A stretch of 64,000 nucleotides of DNA from Octopus vulgaris (GCA_951406725.2 OX597824.1:42904001-42968000), one strand, 5' to 3'; counted from the first letter of the stretch, positions 43,011 through 58,215 are shown. The notes: generated by a model not told the origin, from the sequence alone. Numbers and translations: made by a program.

Positions 43011-43746
43011 AAAATGGAGTTACATACCTTGGTCTTCAAGGATGGCTGTTGATACAGTCTTCTTTCTGGTCAAGGAGGCAAAGGGGAAGGGTTTTCCTTG
43101 GAATTTTTTTTTTTCGTGAGGTACTTACTAAACCCTCCAAAACCTTCTCCACTTGTTGCAATGTTTTTGTTATTAATTACTTCTTGTGATATGCTGCTCT
43201 TCTGAACAACAGTGAAGTTCATGAAGGAAGTACGCACCCGAAAGTGTGACTGTTGGTCATTTTGTTTTTCGCGTGTTACTTTTTATTTTCGTGAGAGTGG
43301 AGGATACTTTGATAGCGGCACAGGATCAAAGAGTCCTTGGAAGAAATCACTATTCATGTAATGAAGTAGAATAAATTATGCAAGCAAAGAATATGTGGAA
43401 GTTGGGGAAAAAATACAATCAACTGCTTTGCCTCTGGCTGCCTACATGATCGCCTTAGTGAATACATTCGGACGTAGTTAAGAGTGAACAACCAGAAATG
43501 ATGCAGTCACTTGTCTCCTTGTATGTACTTGTTAGCATTTGTTTTCATCTTTTACAATAAGAAAATTCAAATATCATGACAAATTGTTTCGTAACTTAAA
43601 GCATGTATAGATAATTCATATTATTATATTTAATAATAAATAAATTACTAATATATCTGCATTAATGCAAAATGCAAAGCAACTTTTAAAAACAATGCAG
43701 TAATTAAGTTACGTCCTCGGGTGAAAGAAAGTCTTTCCTCTTAATC

Positions 43747-43781
43747 CTTTCTGTTGAAGAGCGTAGGCTCAAACGTAAAAG
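43747..43781 (+). ncRNA. Hammerhead motif, same family as 24618 (G12 deleted, probably inactive)
   Basis: CTTT CTGTTGA A GAGC GTAG GCTC -AAAC GTA AAAG. Confidence 0.55.
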
Positions 43782-43871
43782 ACTTTTCCATTTTTCCCGA
43801 GAGTTAACTAACCAATACACCTGCTTGTTCCTACACCTGTCTTCGTCTTTTTGTTTTCTGTATATTTAAAC

Positions 43872-43903
<32 letters not shown>

Positions 43904-44196
43904 TGTATGTATGTATGTATGTATGTATGTATGTATGTATGTATGTATGCATGTATGTATGTATATATTTATGTATATATATATGTTGTTATGTCCTGTT
44001 AATTACATTTGTATTTGTGTAACATTTCTCTGTTTTTTCCGTCCTTGTTTTCGTATACATTCGCTGCTTTCTTCCCAAAAACTTCCGAATGACCCGTCCT
44101 TGTTTTCTTTGTATCATCTGTCTGGATGTTTTGTTGTCCCTTTTTTGTATCACTTAATCGTCTGGATGTTTTGCGTTCTTTCCCCATTTTTGTATT

Positions 44197-44240
<44 letters not shown>

Positions 44241-44304
44241 TGAGCACCACCAGCTCAAATATTTTTTCCTCAGTCTTCCCTTCTTGGGATCTTTCCTTCT
44301 CCTT

Positions 44305-44339
44305 GTTTCCGACGAAGAGCTCCGCTCGAAACGTTAAAC
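44305..44339 (+). ncRNA. Minimal type-I hammerhead (U4C variant) in a Penelope-like remnant (44240-44450)
   Basis: GTTT CCGACGA A GAGC TCC GCTC GAAAC GTT AAAC; remnant flanked by (TA)n. Confidence 0.7.
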
Positions 44340-44511
44340 CCTCCTTCCCTTCTTTCCTGAGCGTCAATAATACTTTAATTGTTCCACGTCCTGCGTTGCT
44401 GTGTTTTTTTTTCTCTTTTTTTTCTGTGTTTTCTTGTTTGGATTAACTATATATATATATATATTTATATATATACACACACATATATATATATATACAT
44501 ACATACATATA

Positions 44512-44587
<76 letters not shown>

Positions 44588-44803
44588 TGTATGTATGTAT
44601 GTATGTATGTATGTGTGTACAAGTTGCATGTAAAAAGCAACAGAACTCAAAACGTTGGATAGAGTGGTGGCTAGGCATGTTTATTATATCAAAAGTTAAT
44701 AGTTTACTTTCGAGCTTCTTTCAGGGCTGAGTTGCTCACGAATGGGAAGAGACCTACTTTGGGCGAAAATCTTAGTAAACTGTTAGTTTTTGACGCAATT
44801 ATC

Positions 44804-44908
<105 letters not shown>

Positions 44909-45242
44909 TGAGGAAGAAAGATGACTAGACAGGCAAAAAGACAGCTACATTTTCAGTAGACAAAAGTGTCGTCCAGGAGAAATTGATGGCGATACCTTAC
45001 TATCACTATCCATAAAGGTATTATTGATTATATCACATCTATGTATTGATGTTTAACAGGTAGATCGATAAATAGTCGATCGTACGACAGGCGATGGATA
45101 ATAAAATGGAATCAATTAATGAGAATAGAGAATGTAAGTTGTGAGTCATACAACTTTATATAAATGTGTGTATGTGCGTGTGTATGCGTGTGGGTGCGTG
45201 TATATATATATATGTATATATGTGTGTTGTATATAGGTATAT

Positions 45243-45948
<706 letters not shown>

Positions 45949-45994
45949 AATAATATATATGTATACGCATGATATATATGTATATATATGTGTT

Positions 45995-46037
<43 letters not shown>

Positions 46038-46332
46038 TATGTATTATGTATGTATCTATGTATGAATGTATGTATGTATGTTGTATACACACCTGCTGGA
46101 AAGAAGTTAACTGAAGTTGGATGTGAGTCATACGATGATATTAATGTATATACACACTCGTACACACGTCTATGCACTTTAATTTGTTTAGAGGATTCAA
46201 TCAATGGACCGCTGTGAAGTGACAGTCGATCATATTGACTGCACAACGTATTCTAGACTTATTTTATCGTTTTTGGTTTGTCGAACAATCAGTTTATGTA
46301 TCATAAAGTGACACCACATAAATAACATATTT

Positions 46333-46459
46333 GCGCAGGAGTGGCTGTGTGTTAAGGCGGTCGACTCCCAACCATATGGTTCTGGGTTCAATCCCATTGT
46401 GTTAAACCTTAGGCAAGTCTTTTCCACAATACTTTCGTATACATAGATATATGTATGTG

Positions 46460-46514
<55 letters not shown>

Positions 46515-46950
46515 GTATATATGCATGTATTATGTATGTGTGTGCGTGTGTGAGTGTGTACAGATAAGATCTTAGGACCTTGGCCCGACGTGTAGCTAGC
46601 GGATTACCCTTCATTTCGGTAATTATTACTTCCGAGGTTCTGCCAGCTATGAAAAATACTCGTATGTAGCCTGGATGTATGTGTGTGTATGTTTGTGTGT
46701 GTGTGTGTATATGTGTTTGTATTTGTTTGTGTTTGTATTTGCTTGTCCGCCCACCCAGCGCTTGACAAACGGTGTCGGTGTGCTTACATCCCCGTAACAT
46801 AGCGGTTCGGCAAAAGACACAGATAGAATAAGTAGCAGTGCTATAAAAAATAAGCATCGGGGTTCGATTCATTCGACTAAAATTCTTCAAGACGGTGCTG
46901 CAACCTGGCCACAATCAAATGACAGAATCAACTAAAAGGTAAAAGATAAA
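46333..46950 (+). mobile_element. SINE family B (old, interrupted)
   Basis: Head 46333-46432, 3' half 46730-46950. Confidence 0.75.
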
Positions 46951-46997
46951 GCAATCACAAAGATACATACATACATACAAATTTTTTTAAATGCGTT

Positions 46998-47055
46998 ATC
47001 TCTGTTGAATCAATTTTGGGATTAATCCAACGGATTTTCCCCTCATCAATAGAGA
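46998..47055 (-). ncRNA. Decayed hammerhead-like motif
   Basis: CTCTA TTGATGA GGG GAA AATCC GTT GGATT AAT CCC AAAA..CAGAG. Confidence 0.35.
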
Positions 47056-47102
47056 ATACGATAAGAAATAAATGAAATACTTACAAGCACCCATATATAT
47101 AC

Positions 47103-47160
<58 letters not shown>

Positions 47161-47163
<3 letters not shown>

Positions 47164-47535
47164 AATAAGAAAATGGAGGAACAGATTCCTTTCAATCATC
47201 GACTTACAGATATTACCAATTCATATTATTTATTAACCACATAAATAGGAACATCCAAATCCAACAGAATAAAACAATATACATCAATAAGTAAGATAAT
47301 ACCATAAAAATAATACACATAAAATGGATCTTACAGCTGTTTCTACAGGCTGAAACAGCTGTAAGATCCATTTTATGTGTATTATTTTTATGGTATTATC
47401 TTACTTATTGATGTATATTGTTTTATTCTGTTGGATTTGGATGTTCCTATTTATGTGGTTAATAAATAATATGAATTGGTAATATCTGTAAGTCGATGAT
47501 TGAAAGGAATCTGTTCCTCCATTTTCTTAATTGTA
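47161..47535. repeat. Near-perfect ~180-bp-arm palindrome fused at a half-hammerhead
   Basis: Centre ggatcttacagctgtttc-tacaggct-gaaacagctgtaagatcc; the right arm extends to 47707; (TA)n flanks. Confidence 0.95.
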
Positions 47536-47704
47536 TTATGAATTTGAGGTATAATATTTTACCTTCGCCCATCTAATACAATAAATGAATTAATTGCATT
47601 GCAATTATAAGCATTTATGTATTTGCCTTTTGGGCACTTCACCAGCAGTATATTGGATAACTGATATCCCATAGTGGGTTACACTCATAACCCCTATCTC
47701 ACTT

Positions 47705-47753
<49 letters not shown>

Positions 47754-47756
<3 letters not shown>

Positions 47757-48490
47757 TACAGGACGTCACCAACTGTAAACAACATGAAATACAGAGACAA
47801 ACCTGTTAAGTACGTAAACAACGAGAGTAAAAATTGGAAATCAGGACAAATAAACACAGAGAAACGATCCTTCAGTTGTCGGCTGTCTATCTACTCCTCA
47901 TTTCGAGCATTCAACCACAATATGAGTCTTCAAAGATAGTTGCTCCCATAAATTCTAAAATAAAATTTAGGATTTATGGAGGATCAAAGTTGACCCCCTC
48001 TCTCTCTTCCCCATTACATTTTCTCTCTCTCGTGACTATCCTCCTTCTTTCTTTTCCTCTTGTGACTACCTTTCTTTTCCCACGCGGACGTTCAAAGGAC
48101 TGGACTTTTCTTCTCTCTCTTCTATCTTTTCTCTTTTCAAAGAAAATATTTCTCCTAGCGTTCACTATTTTCCTCTCGTTGTGGTCTAACGACCCTCCAT
48201 GTCTTTTTCGTTCGATTTCTTTGTATGTCTCCATTGTCCTGTTTTTGTCCCCAACTTTGACCCTCCATAGATCCTAAATTTTATTTTAGAATTTATGGGA
48301 GCAACTGTCTTTGAAGACTCATATTGTGGTTGAATGCTCGAAATGAAGAGTAGATAGCCGACAACTGATGAAGGGTCGTTTCTCTGCGTTTACTTGTTCT
48401 GTTTTCCATTTTTTCTCTCGTTGCTTACTTATTTAACTCGTTTGTCTATGTATTTCATGTTGTTTACACAGTTGTTGACGTCCTGTACCC
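47754..48490. mobile_element. Family P Penelope-like element with ~240-bp inverted arms and a 260-bp pyrimidine-rich spacer
   Basis: 47754-47992 is an imperfect reverse complement of 48251-48490; both ends read GACGTCCTGTACC outward into (TA)n. Confidence 0.85.
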
Positions 48491-48559
48491 ATATATGCAT
48501 ATATATATTTATATTTATACATATACATACACACACACACAAACATACACACATATATA

Positions 48560-48643
<84 letters not shown>

Positions 48644-48674
48644 TTTATATATAATGTGGTTGGGAAGCAAGCTT

Positions 48675-50641
48675 TTTTAATTCATTACATTTGCCATAAA
48701 GGCATAATACAGATTGAAGCTTTGCGGGCTGGACACAGACACAATGATGATGATGGAATGAAAAAAGAGAGGGTTGGTGGGGGAAGCAACCAACGCCCGC
48801 CGATTGTTACTTCCCGATAATATTGTTCTTTTTTAAAAACACAAATGAGGTGTTGAACCTCTTACAATAATTACAAATTGAGGCACTGAGCCAATCAAAA
48901 GAAAGTTCAGCAAATATATTCAACTTGCCTCTTACCAATCTCCAAGTTCGAATCGAGGTACTAAGACCTCTTACTCTGCCTCCCCGATTAAGTCTCTTAC
49001 CGCCTGCAGTCGCAGGCCGGGGTCCCATAAGAGATAATTATATTCATCCTTGGGAAATGAATCCATCACCCTGTAGAAATAATTTTCTTCCATGACCTCT
49101 GCAGCCAACTGCAGAGGTCAATCCGGACTTTCAATGCAGGTCAGGACCACCTATTCCCGACCTTCCAGATTCCTCACAAAGTTCTCTACGGCCCCTCCCT
49201 TAAGAAAGAAGATCCCAAATTCCTAATTTATTATACTGGGAGGAGCCACAGTTTCCTCCGTCGGTGGCACAATTCCCACCGACGAGGTTTCGGGACATGC
49301 TGGCAGCGTACTGCTACCCGCCGGCACTGTCCCATTCTTTTTTTCTTTTTTCTTGTCTTTGATACGGGAGGGGGTGGTTCCTCTACTTTAACCGGACGGT
49401 CATCCCTCCCTCCCGCAGCTTTAGGATCCTATTGTTGCCCACCTTCTTTCTTTTTTCCCCCTTTTTTCGGGGAAGTCTTTACCTCCTCGACTACCTCTAT
49501 CTCTCCTTCCGAAGGAGGAGGGGGCTCTTCCATAACCAACTGTTCCAGGACCCTACTCTGGTTCTGGGGACAGTTCCTTTTAATGTGACCTGGTTCCAGG
49601 CACAGGTGACACTTGGTGGGGAGGGCGTCCCTCAAGTATCACCGGGTATCTGCAACCGGCCATTTTCCAAAAAATCTGGAAAAACCAGATTCTTGGCTGA
49701 TTGGGTCCACAGGGTCAAAACAGCTTTTGACCTAACCCAGTCAGTCGCCGGCAAAATTTTAACATTAAATAGCTTGGATCCGCTGTCAGCCAGACCCCAG
49801 CAGATAATCTCCTCTATCCACTCGGGTTCTATCCCGGGTGGCAACCCTCAGACCAAAGCTTTTGTCGACTTCTTCCCACAATACGTGGGAAGAAGCAAAA
49901 TCTCTTTGCCCTCTAAGGACTGGCTCGCAAATTTGCGAGCCTCTCCAGGGGTGTCAATTAGCAACCACACCGTTGCATATTTGACCCCACTGGAGATGAA
50001 TTTAATAGTTGGCAAATACTCTGCCAACTCATTTTCAATTTGAGTCTTTTGAAAGAGGGCGATGGTGTCAAGCGACTTTAAGTCCTTAACACCACCGTTC
50101 TCTCTTCACAGTCTTTCGTCCACTGTTTGGGCGGGACAATCTCCACTCCAACGCAGTGTTGTTCATTTTTTTGCCATGTTTTTACAGAAAAAAAAACAAA
50201 AGTTCACAGAATTAAAAAAATGCAGGAAAGAAGGAAGAAGACAAGAAACAGTTAAAAAAACACAGCAAACTGGCTGTCCTGGTACTCCTGGCCAGCTCGG
50301 TAATCCTCTTAGTAATCCAGGGTACAAAACAGTACACAACAATTTCACCGAAAAAATGGTAAAAAATAAGCACAATTATAGTAGGAGGGATACGCCCCCA
50401 AAACACGCTTCTCACCGCTGAGTGAGACTTCTAAACACAACTAAAGGCAGACAAATGCGCGGAACCCAGTGGAGGTTTCTTGTTCGACAAAATAATTAAA
50501 CATGAGCAACACTGAATCCGCCCCCCACCACAAAAAAACAAATGTCTTACCTTGTAGTTGTGTTTCAGTTGTTCAATAATTCACGGCGTTGGTGTCGTGA
50601 CTCCTAGCAGTGCAAAGAAAACACTGACCAATTCATGCGCA
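48675..50641 (-). mobile_element. ORF1-only (HAL1-like) Tx1-derived retroelement with a 12-bp TSD
   Basis: TSD GGAAGCAAGCTT at 48663-48674 and 50642-50653; short A tail; frameshifted gag-like ORF1; no EN or RT. Confidence 0.8.
49100..50177 (-). pseudogene. Tx1-type ORF1 (gag-like, CCHC zinc knuckle), frameshifted
   Basis: MAK..EERTVVLRT..LLPTYCGKKSTK..PPGIEPEWI..CHLCLEPGHIKRNCP followed by a K/E/P-rich tail. Confidence 0.8.
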
Positions 50642-50677
50642 GGAAGCAAGCTTCTTACCACACAGCCATGACTGCAC

Positions 50678-50753
<76 letters not shown>

Positions 50754-50754
<1 letters not shown>

Positions 50755-51960
50755 AACTGGACCGACGGCCCGGTTGAGTTGCTCGGGGTCTGGTTTGGTC
50801 CGGACCTCCAAGTGGAGAAGAACTGGAACGAGATAACGAGTAGGGTGGTCACTCTCGCCCGGCAATGGGCCGAGAGGAAACTGTCCCTAAAAGGTCGAGC
50901 GGAGGTGGCGAACACGTACATCGCGTCCGTCATCTACTACCGCCTGACCGTCGTACCTTGTCCCGACCCTACCATCACCAAACTACAACGCATCCTCTTT
51001 CGCTTCTTGTGGAAAGGATGCGTCCCGATGGTCAGGCGATCCATTTGCTGTCAACACCCGTTAAAAGGAGGGCTGGGCATGCCGTGGTTGATGATGCGCA
51101 GACACGCGCTGAGACTGCGACATCTCTGGCTCTATGTAGACGACGGTGAACAGGTGTGGTCGCCGTTTGTGAGGCACGCTTTCCCGCAGCTCGTCTCCAT
51201 GACCGAACTGCAGTCGTGGATCAAAAAGAGGCCGAGGAAGGGCGAATGGCACCGCGAGTGTCGCGTTGCTCTCAAGCAACTCTGCCGTCCTGGGTCGACC
51301 TTAAGTGACTTCAACACAACCAAAGCATTCTATAGGGGTTTAGTGGAGGGGAGGTACGACGACGAGCTCGGGGCGAACCTGGACGTCGACGAGGAGTACC
51401 TGACCCGCCTGTTCAGGACGACTTTCGGGCCAGGGCCCATGGACAACTTCCAGAGATCCCTGGCCTGGCAGTGCTACCGAGAAGCGCTACCCGTTCGGGA
51501 TAAGCTCTACAGACACGGCTCGATAAACACGAGGCCGACCTGCCCGAGATGCGGTCAGAGCGACGAAACCGTTCTGCACGCACTCGTTCAGTGTCCAACA
51601 ATTTCCGACCTGTGGGCTTATGTCGAACAACTGCTGTCACGTGTGGGACGAGTCGGTTTATCAGCTGAGTCTATCGTCAATATTGTCACGCCTCCTTCCT
51701 TCAAACGGGAAGGAAGAGCTATTTTCATCATCCTTGTGGCTATGGCGAAAGAATGTATCTGGTGGACGCGTCTGAAAGGATTGGAGACAAACACTTTCCT
51801 CTCTGGTCAATCTCTCATCAACTTCTTCAAGTACCACTTGAAAAGGAAAGTGAGAGTAGAGAGGCAAGTTTTGTCTAGCGAATGTTTTAAAAAAAGATGG
51901 GTGAATGTAGCAAGAATGGCACGTATGAATGACGAAGCCACCTTGAGCATAGTCCTATGA
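50754..51960 (+). CDS. Tx1/L1 ORF2 C-terminal part (end of RT, thumb, zf-RVT CCHC); no true start codon
   Basis: VELLGVWFG..W..RKLSLKGRAEVAN..FLWKG..GGLGMP..LPVRDKL..CPRCGQSDETVLHALVQC; uninterrupted for ~400 aa. Confidence 0.9.
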
Positions 51961-52331
51961 ACCCAGAAATCGAAAACAGAGAGTTGCTTATTTGCAAAAA
52001 AAAAAAAAAAAGAAATATAAAATGTGACTTCATTGACCGAGGTTACCGTGGTCTTTTCCGTAGGCTTTTCTTTCCACGGGTAAACCTCACCTGTCCTCCC
52101 CTTTACACTTCATATTGACATTTCTGTGATAACGATCCCTATTGATCAATTTTTTTTTCCTCTCCCCCTTTTTTTTAACCCCCTTTTTTTTGTCCTCTTT
52201 CTCTCCTTTTACGATCCCTTTTGATCGAAACTCCCCCTTCCCTTTTTTTTTTTTTTTTAAACCTTCAAAAGAAAAGCTCTACCTTGTAATTTGTTCTATC
52301 TGTGTGCAGCCCTGTGTGGCTAATAAAGAAA
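50754..52331 (+). mobile_element. Young 5'-truncated Tx1-clade LINE inserted in (TATC)n
   Basis: (TATC)n on both sides; intact ORF2 C-terminus; 370-bp 3'UTR ending GCCCTGTGTGGCTAATAAAGAAA. Confidence 0.92.
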
Positions 52332-52630
<299 letters not shown>

Positions 52631-52669
52631 ACAGATAGATAAGTATATATATATATATATATATATATA

Positions 52670-52946
52670 GGGGTAAAATATGAAAAATCAACGAAAATGC
52701 ATATTGCAAATAGAAAAAGGCTCTTTATGACAGGTAGTGACAAATATATACATTTAGTTTGACTGAGGTAGTAATACGAGTCATAAAGGTCATTATTATG
52801 AGATGATTATAAGATGATAATAATGACCTTTATGACGCGTATTACTACCTCAGTCAACCTAAATGTATATATTTGTCACTACCTGTCATAAAGAGCCTTT
52901 TTCTATTTGCAATATGCATTTTCATTGATTTTTCATATTTTACCCT
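52670..52946. repeat. Near-perfect ~130-bp-arm palindrome
   Basis: gggtaaaatatgaaaaatcaa..aaaggtcattattat is mirrored by ataataatgaccttt..ttgatttttcatattttaccc, with ~3 mismatches. Confidence 0.95.
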
Positions 52947-52991
52947 TACATTTCCACGTGTATTTTATATTTTCTTTTCGTAACATATTTC

Positions 52992-53034
<43 letters not shown>

Positions 53035-53620
53035 GAGAAAAAGAGAGAACAGGAGAGTGAACGAGAGAGGAAGGAGAGAGAAATGTAGAGATTACATTGG
53101 ATACGTCGTTAGAGCGTTGGCTATGTTATCGTGTGGTATTCGTTCTGATCACTGCGCTCTGAGTTCAAATACTACTGAGGACAACTTTGCCTTTTATCAT
53201 TTCATAGTCGATAAATAAATCACGTTACCTATTAAGACTCATTTCTCTCCCCTTCTCTTTCTCTCTCTCCTCTCTTTCTCCCCCTCTCTTTGTTACTTTG
53301 TATCTTCCTCTCTTTCTGGAAAAAAAATCAACTGCTGTCATACCTGGAAAGGGATGGACTCTCACCAATCCTTAAAGCATCCCAGACACGCTATATATTA
53401 CAATGGGCCCCAAGAACCTAGTGTCGAAGGTGAAAGCCTACATAGGTATATCTGTTTGTGTGTGTGTGAGAGTGCGCGCGCGCGAGTAGAGTTATTTCAT
53501 ACCTACACACAGTGACTCATTCATACACATACATAATTCTCATATGTGTGTGTAATGTGAGTGTGTAAGTGTTTGTACATATGCGTACATACATATATGT
53601 ATGCATGTAATTATATATAG

Positions 53621-53676
<56 letters not shown>

Positions 53677-53975
53677 CAAAATGAGAAAGAAAGGGACAGA
53701 AATCAATAGATATACAGATAAAACTTCGGATTATCACGTGATATATGTAGCAATATTTGTATTGTTCCCTGATTGGACAGTGCACTTGCAGCTACCAGAC
53801 AATCTTGTATCCAAGGCAACTGTCATAAACGTTGTCATGTGAACGTATTGATAAATGATCTCCTATTATGATATATATATATATATATATATATAACAAA
53901 GTGGAGTTGTGGGGTACCGCACGAGTGAAATTATATACGAAAGAAGGTTTGAAAATGCAATTTAAAAATGTTTAT

Positions 53976-54020
53976 TTACTTTACCGGTTTCACTCATTGG
54001 AAAAAGATTGTCAAAAGTAA
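53976..54020 (-). ncRNA. Minimal type-I hammerhead (U3-A8 variant) in a Penelope-like remnant (53895-54060)
   Basis: TTACTT TTGACAA TCTTTTTCCAATGAGT GAAAC CG GTA AAGTAA; palindromic ACCGGT. Confidence 0.65.
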
Positions 54021-54099
54021 CATGTAGAAGTTTAGTTGCGTTAATTATTGGTTGTTGCAAATTGCTACATTACATATATACAGTCTTTGGTAACAGGGA

Positions 54100-54294
54100 C
54101 ATGTTAAGGACATAAAAAAGTTCAACAAGTTCACAGCCAGCAGATTCAGGTGACACTTGTTTACTGGTCATGCTTCAAGAACCCTGTGAAGAATTCTTGC
54201 AGTTCCAAGCAATGCGGATTTTTGTAGGTGTTCTACCTTTACATTTGTACCAATTATTTTGAGCCATGTTGGTAGTTGAGTGCCAACATGGTTC

Positions 54295-54295
<1 letters not shown>
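54100..54295 (-). mobile_element. R4/Dong-type LINE extreme 3' end
   Basis: LPTWLKIIGTNVKVEHLQKSALLGTARILHRVLEA*; abuts (TAA)n. Confidence 0.8.
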
Positions 54296-54916
<621 letters not shown>

Positions 54917-56204
54917 ATGTGGTTGGGAAGCAACCACATTATATAGCATTATATTAGCAAACGTCACTGAAAACTAGATTTTGGTAAGTCTTTTTTCATT
55001 TCTAGCAATAGCATTTATTAATTCCCTACAGATCTTTGTTTATGAGCAGTGAGGTCTTCTAGATTAGAAAGAAAACATATTTTCTACTGCAAAATGAAGA
55101 ATTTACTGCGAGATATCAATGAAGAAAACCAATAAGATACTCAGATTAGAGGCAAAGAGTGAACAGAAATATACTAAAGAGAAATCACGGGGTAAGTATG
55201 GTGTTATTCTCAGCAGAAATCCACACTCATGAAATATGATGCATGATTAATCACCAAATTATGAGTCCAAGAATTAAAATCAAATAATACTAGACTGTGT
55301 AAAACAATTTTTGTCCTCAGGTAGCCAATGTTATTTTCTTACCTCTAGAAAGTATGAAAAATGGCTAATATTTCCTTCAAATTTTGCTTTCGTTACATTT
55401 ATTTAAATTTCAAAGAATCTCTCTCAACTCATGGCTTTGATGCGCCCCTATTTCTCCTGCTTATAATCAGAGATGCACATATTGTCAGCGACTAAGGGGC
55501 ATGCTCAAGTGGCTAAGGTCAAGCAACTGACAAGCAAATCCGTTGTATCGAGCAGAATATTTGCTATGACGATATTTCAGATTCAGCAACCACAGTGCTG
55601 AATCTGTCTGAAATGTAATGGAAATTAGGCTAGTTTCAGAACATTGACATCCAGGTTACAAAATCAAAGTTTGCAAGGAAGAGTAGTAATTGTTTTTGAT
55701 TTTTAGATAGAAACAAATAGTATGTAACATTTACTGATCAAATAACCTCGACGGTTATTTGAACTCCCAACGTAGAGGCGGACGGAATACTGCTAAGAAT
55801 TGTGTCTTACCTGCTAACGAGTCTCCCGCGGCCGTTCCACCAAGACATTAACATTACCAGCATTACCATCTCGTTTTCATTCACTACCATCACTATTACC
55901 ATCAACTTTATTCTCACTATGCTTACGCAAGAGTTAGAAAAAAGTCTAGTAATTATTGTAATTTTTCTGCAAATTTAGACTTGATACTTAACTATTTAAT
56001 CAGTTTCTTTTATATCAATCTTGGCGTAATTCCAATCTGTATAGAGCTCTTTCAATTTAAAAAATTTATTTTGAGAGTTATTTCATCGCGTCATATGGAA
56101 AATAATATTTTAAAAGAAATTACCTCCCTTCGATACTTACAAGCAGCAGCATCAAAAAGGATATATTAAGCGTATTATATAATGTTATTGTTTTAAATTA
56201 TAGA

Positions 56205-56970
56205 GCAGTGGGTTGGCAGAATTTTAGAGCATCAGACAAAATACTTTACGGTGTTTCTTCTATGTTCTTACTTAAAATCTCTCTGAGGTCAACTTTGCCT
56301 TACACCCATTTGAATTCTATTAAATAAATTGCCTAGATGTCTTAAGATGATGTCATTGAAGGCAGTGAATGCGTGTGGCTTTATGGTTAGGGTATTCAGC
56401 GCACGATCGTAAAGAGTAAGACACTTTATTTCTCGTTGTTCCAGTCCGCTCAGCTGGCAAAAAATGAGATGTACCAGTATTTTAAAGGGCTAGCCTTGTC
56501 ACATTCTGTGTGACGCTGAAGCTCTCTGAGATCAACTGGAGTCCTCGTCGTCGTAACCGACGGAGTGCCATTTAAGACAGAATTGTTTATAGTGGTGCTA
56601 TTTAAGGCGGAATTGTTAGGGCGTCGAAGAAAATACCTAGCGGTTTGTATTCCGTTTTTTGAACTTTTGATTTAAATTCCAATCAAAGTCACCTAAATCT
56701 TTCGTCCCTCCGGGTTCGATAAAATAAACTACCAGTTGAATACGTGGGTCGATGCTATCAACTAACCATTCCCTTCAAAATAGATGGCCTTTTGCCGAAA
56801 TTTGAAATTATTAGCTTCGGTTATTTACGTTCTGAGTTCAAATCCCGCACAGATTGACCTTGCTTTTCATCCGTCCGGAAAGCATATAAAGTACCAGTTT
56901 AGTGTTTGAGTCGATGCTACCGTCTACCCACCCTCCCTTCAAGATTGCTAACTTTGTACCTATATCAGAT
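56205..56970 (+). mobile_element. Cluster of decayed SINEs (C, A-related, C, C)
   Basis: Family C cores at ~56290, 56700, 56860; family A-type 3' part at 56460-56570. Confidence 0.65.
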
Positions 56971-57606
56971 ATTAAATATATGATCGTATTATATTACATC
57001 ATATTGTTGCCAACATATTAGTTCTAACCGTGATCCATGTAACAAGAGATTGATATTTCTTGTGTTGTGTTGCTGACCATCCAATTTAACGCTTTGATTT
57101 GGGACATAAAGACTTCATAAGTCATAGACAAACACAAAAAGTGTCACTTATGCAGGAAACGAAATTTATACGTAAGGCTGCGGACTCACGCACTCAGATA
57201 CACAGAAAGCGAACAATGCGCACATACACACACACACATACACATACATTCACTAATACATAGGCACACGAACACATACATTGCACGCAGACACATCGAA
57301 ACACATATGTGTACCTACATCCGATTATTTTATCTAAGCGAATTTTCAAAAGGCATATTGGCTTTGTACATGTTTCTATACTCGGGAAAATAACGATAGG
57401 AGGAGGAAGAGATAGTTAATATAAACATACACACAGATGCAATAAAGACATTTATAGACACACGCACTAGGTATATTCATACACGTACACATACGTATTC
57501 ATAGACACACACATGCACACGTGCACATAAAGGCACATGCGCACACACGTACACGCTCACATAAATACGCATGCATACACACATATATATACATACACAG
57601 ATACTT

Positions 57607-57745
57607 GGACTGGATTGAATTGCCTATGTTTTGCACACTGCAAGACGAAGACCTCGACATGTTTTCTCCACCAGCCAAGTCTGATGTGACAGCCGTGAAT
57701 TTGAGCTTGATATACTGGTTTGATGAGCTAACTCTGGCTTAGGCG
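57607..57745 (-). mobile_element. RTE 3' end, homologous to 9340-9490
   Basis: gcctatgtt..tgcaa..ctcc.ccagcca.gtctgatgtga..gaattt..atactggtt.gatgagc. Confidence 0.55.
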
Positions 57746-57819
57746 CAGTTATTATGCCCAGGAGTAGTTAAGTCAACATACATACATACATACATACACA
57801 TATATGTGTATATATATAC

Positions 57820-57942
<123 letters not shown>

Positions 57943-58121
57943 AGTTCAGCAAAAATTTAGATTCAAATGAATATGGTACTTAATTTAGATGCACCAGAAT
58001 CTTGTATGGTGTTATCCATAAAAATCCGTGGGGTGATTATAATCAAAATAAGCAACAAGAATGACTCCGGTAATTTGGTACAATCGTTTCGTACATCATT
58101 TTATTAAATGCTGTAAGTATT

Positions 58122-58215
58122 ACAATAAATACTCACGACACTCCGTCTGGGAATCGAAATCGCGATCCTACGGCCGCGAGTCCGCTGCCCTAACCACTGG
58201 GCCATTGCGCCCCCA
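58122..58215 (-). mobile_element. SINE family A head
   Basis: Matches 6715-6803. Confidence 0.85.

Noticed and set aside
48771-48794. GGGAAGCAA in the 3'UTR of the HAL1-like element matching its target site (RNA-guided idea)
   Set aside because: The match is only 9 nt in a single copy and is compatible with chance.
50635-50753. N-terminus of the 441-aa ORF
   Set aside because: It is read-through from the SINE remnant and (TATC)n (IYLS repeats), not a real start.
49100-51960. ORF1(-) and ORF2(+) as one 5'-inverted LINE
   Set aside because: The ORF1 unit has its own TSD and tail and is separated from the ORF2 fragment by a SINE head and (TATC)n, so these are two independent insertions.
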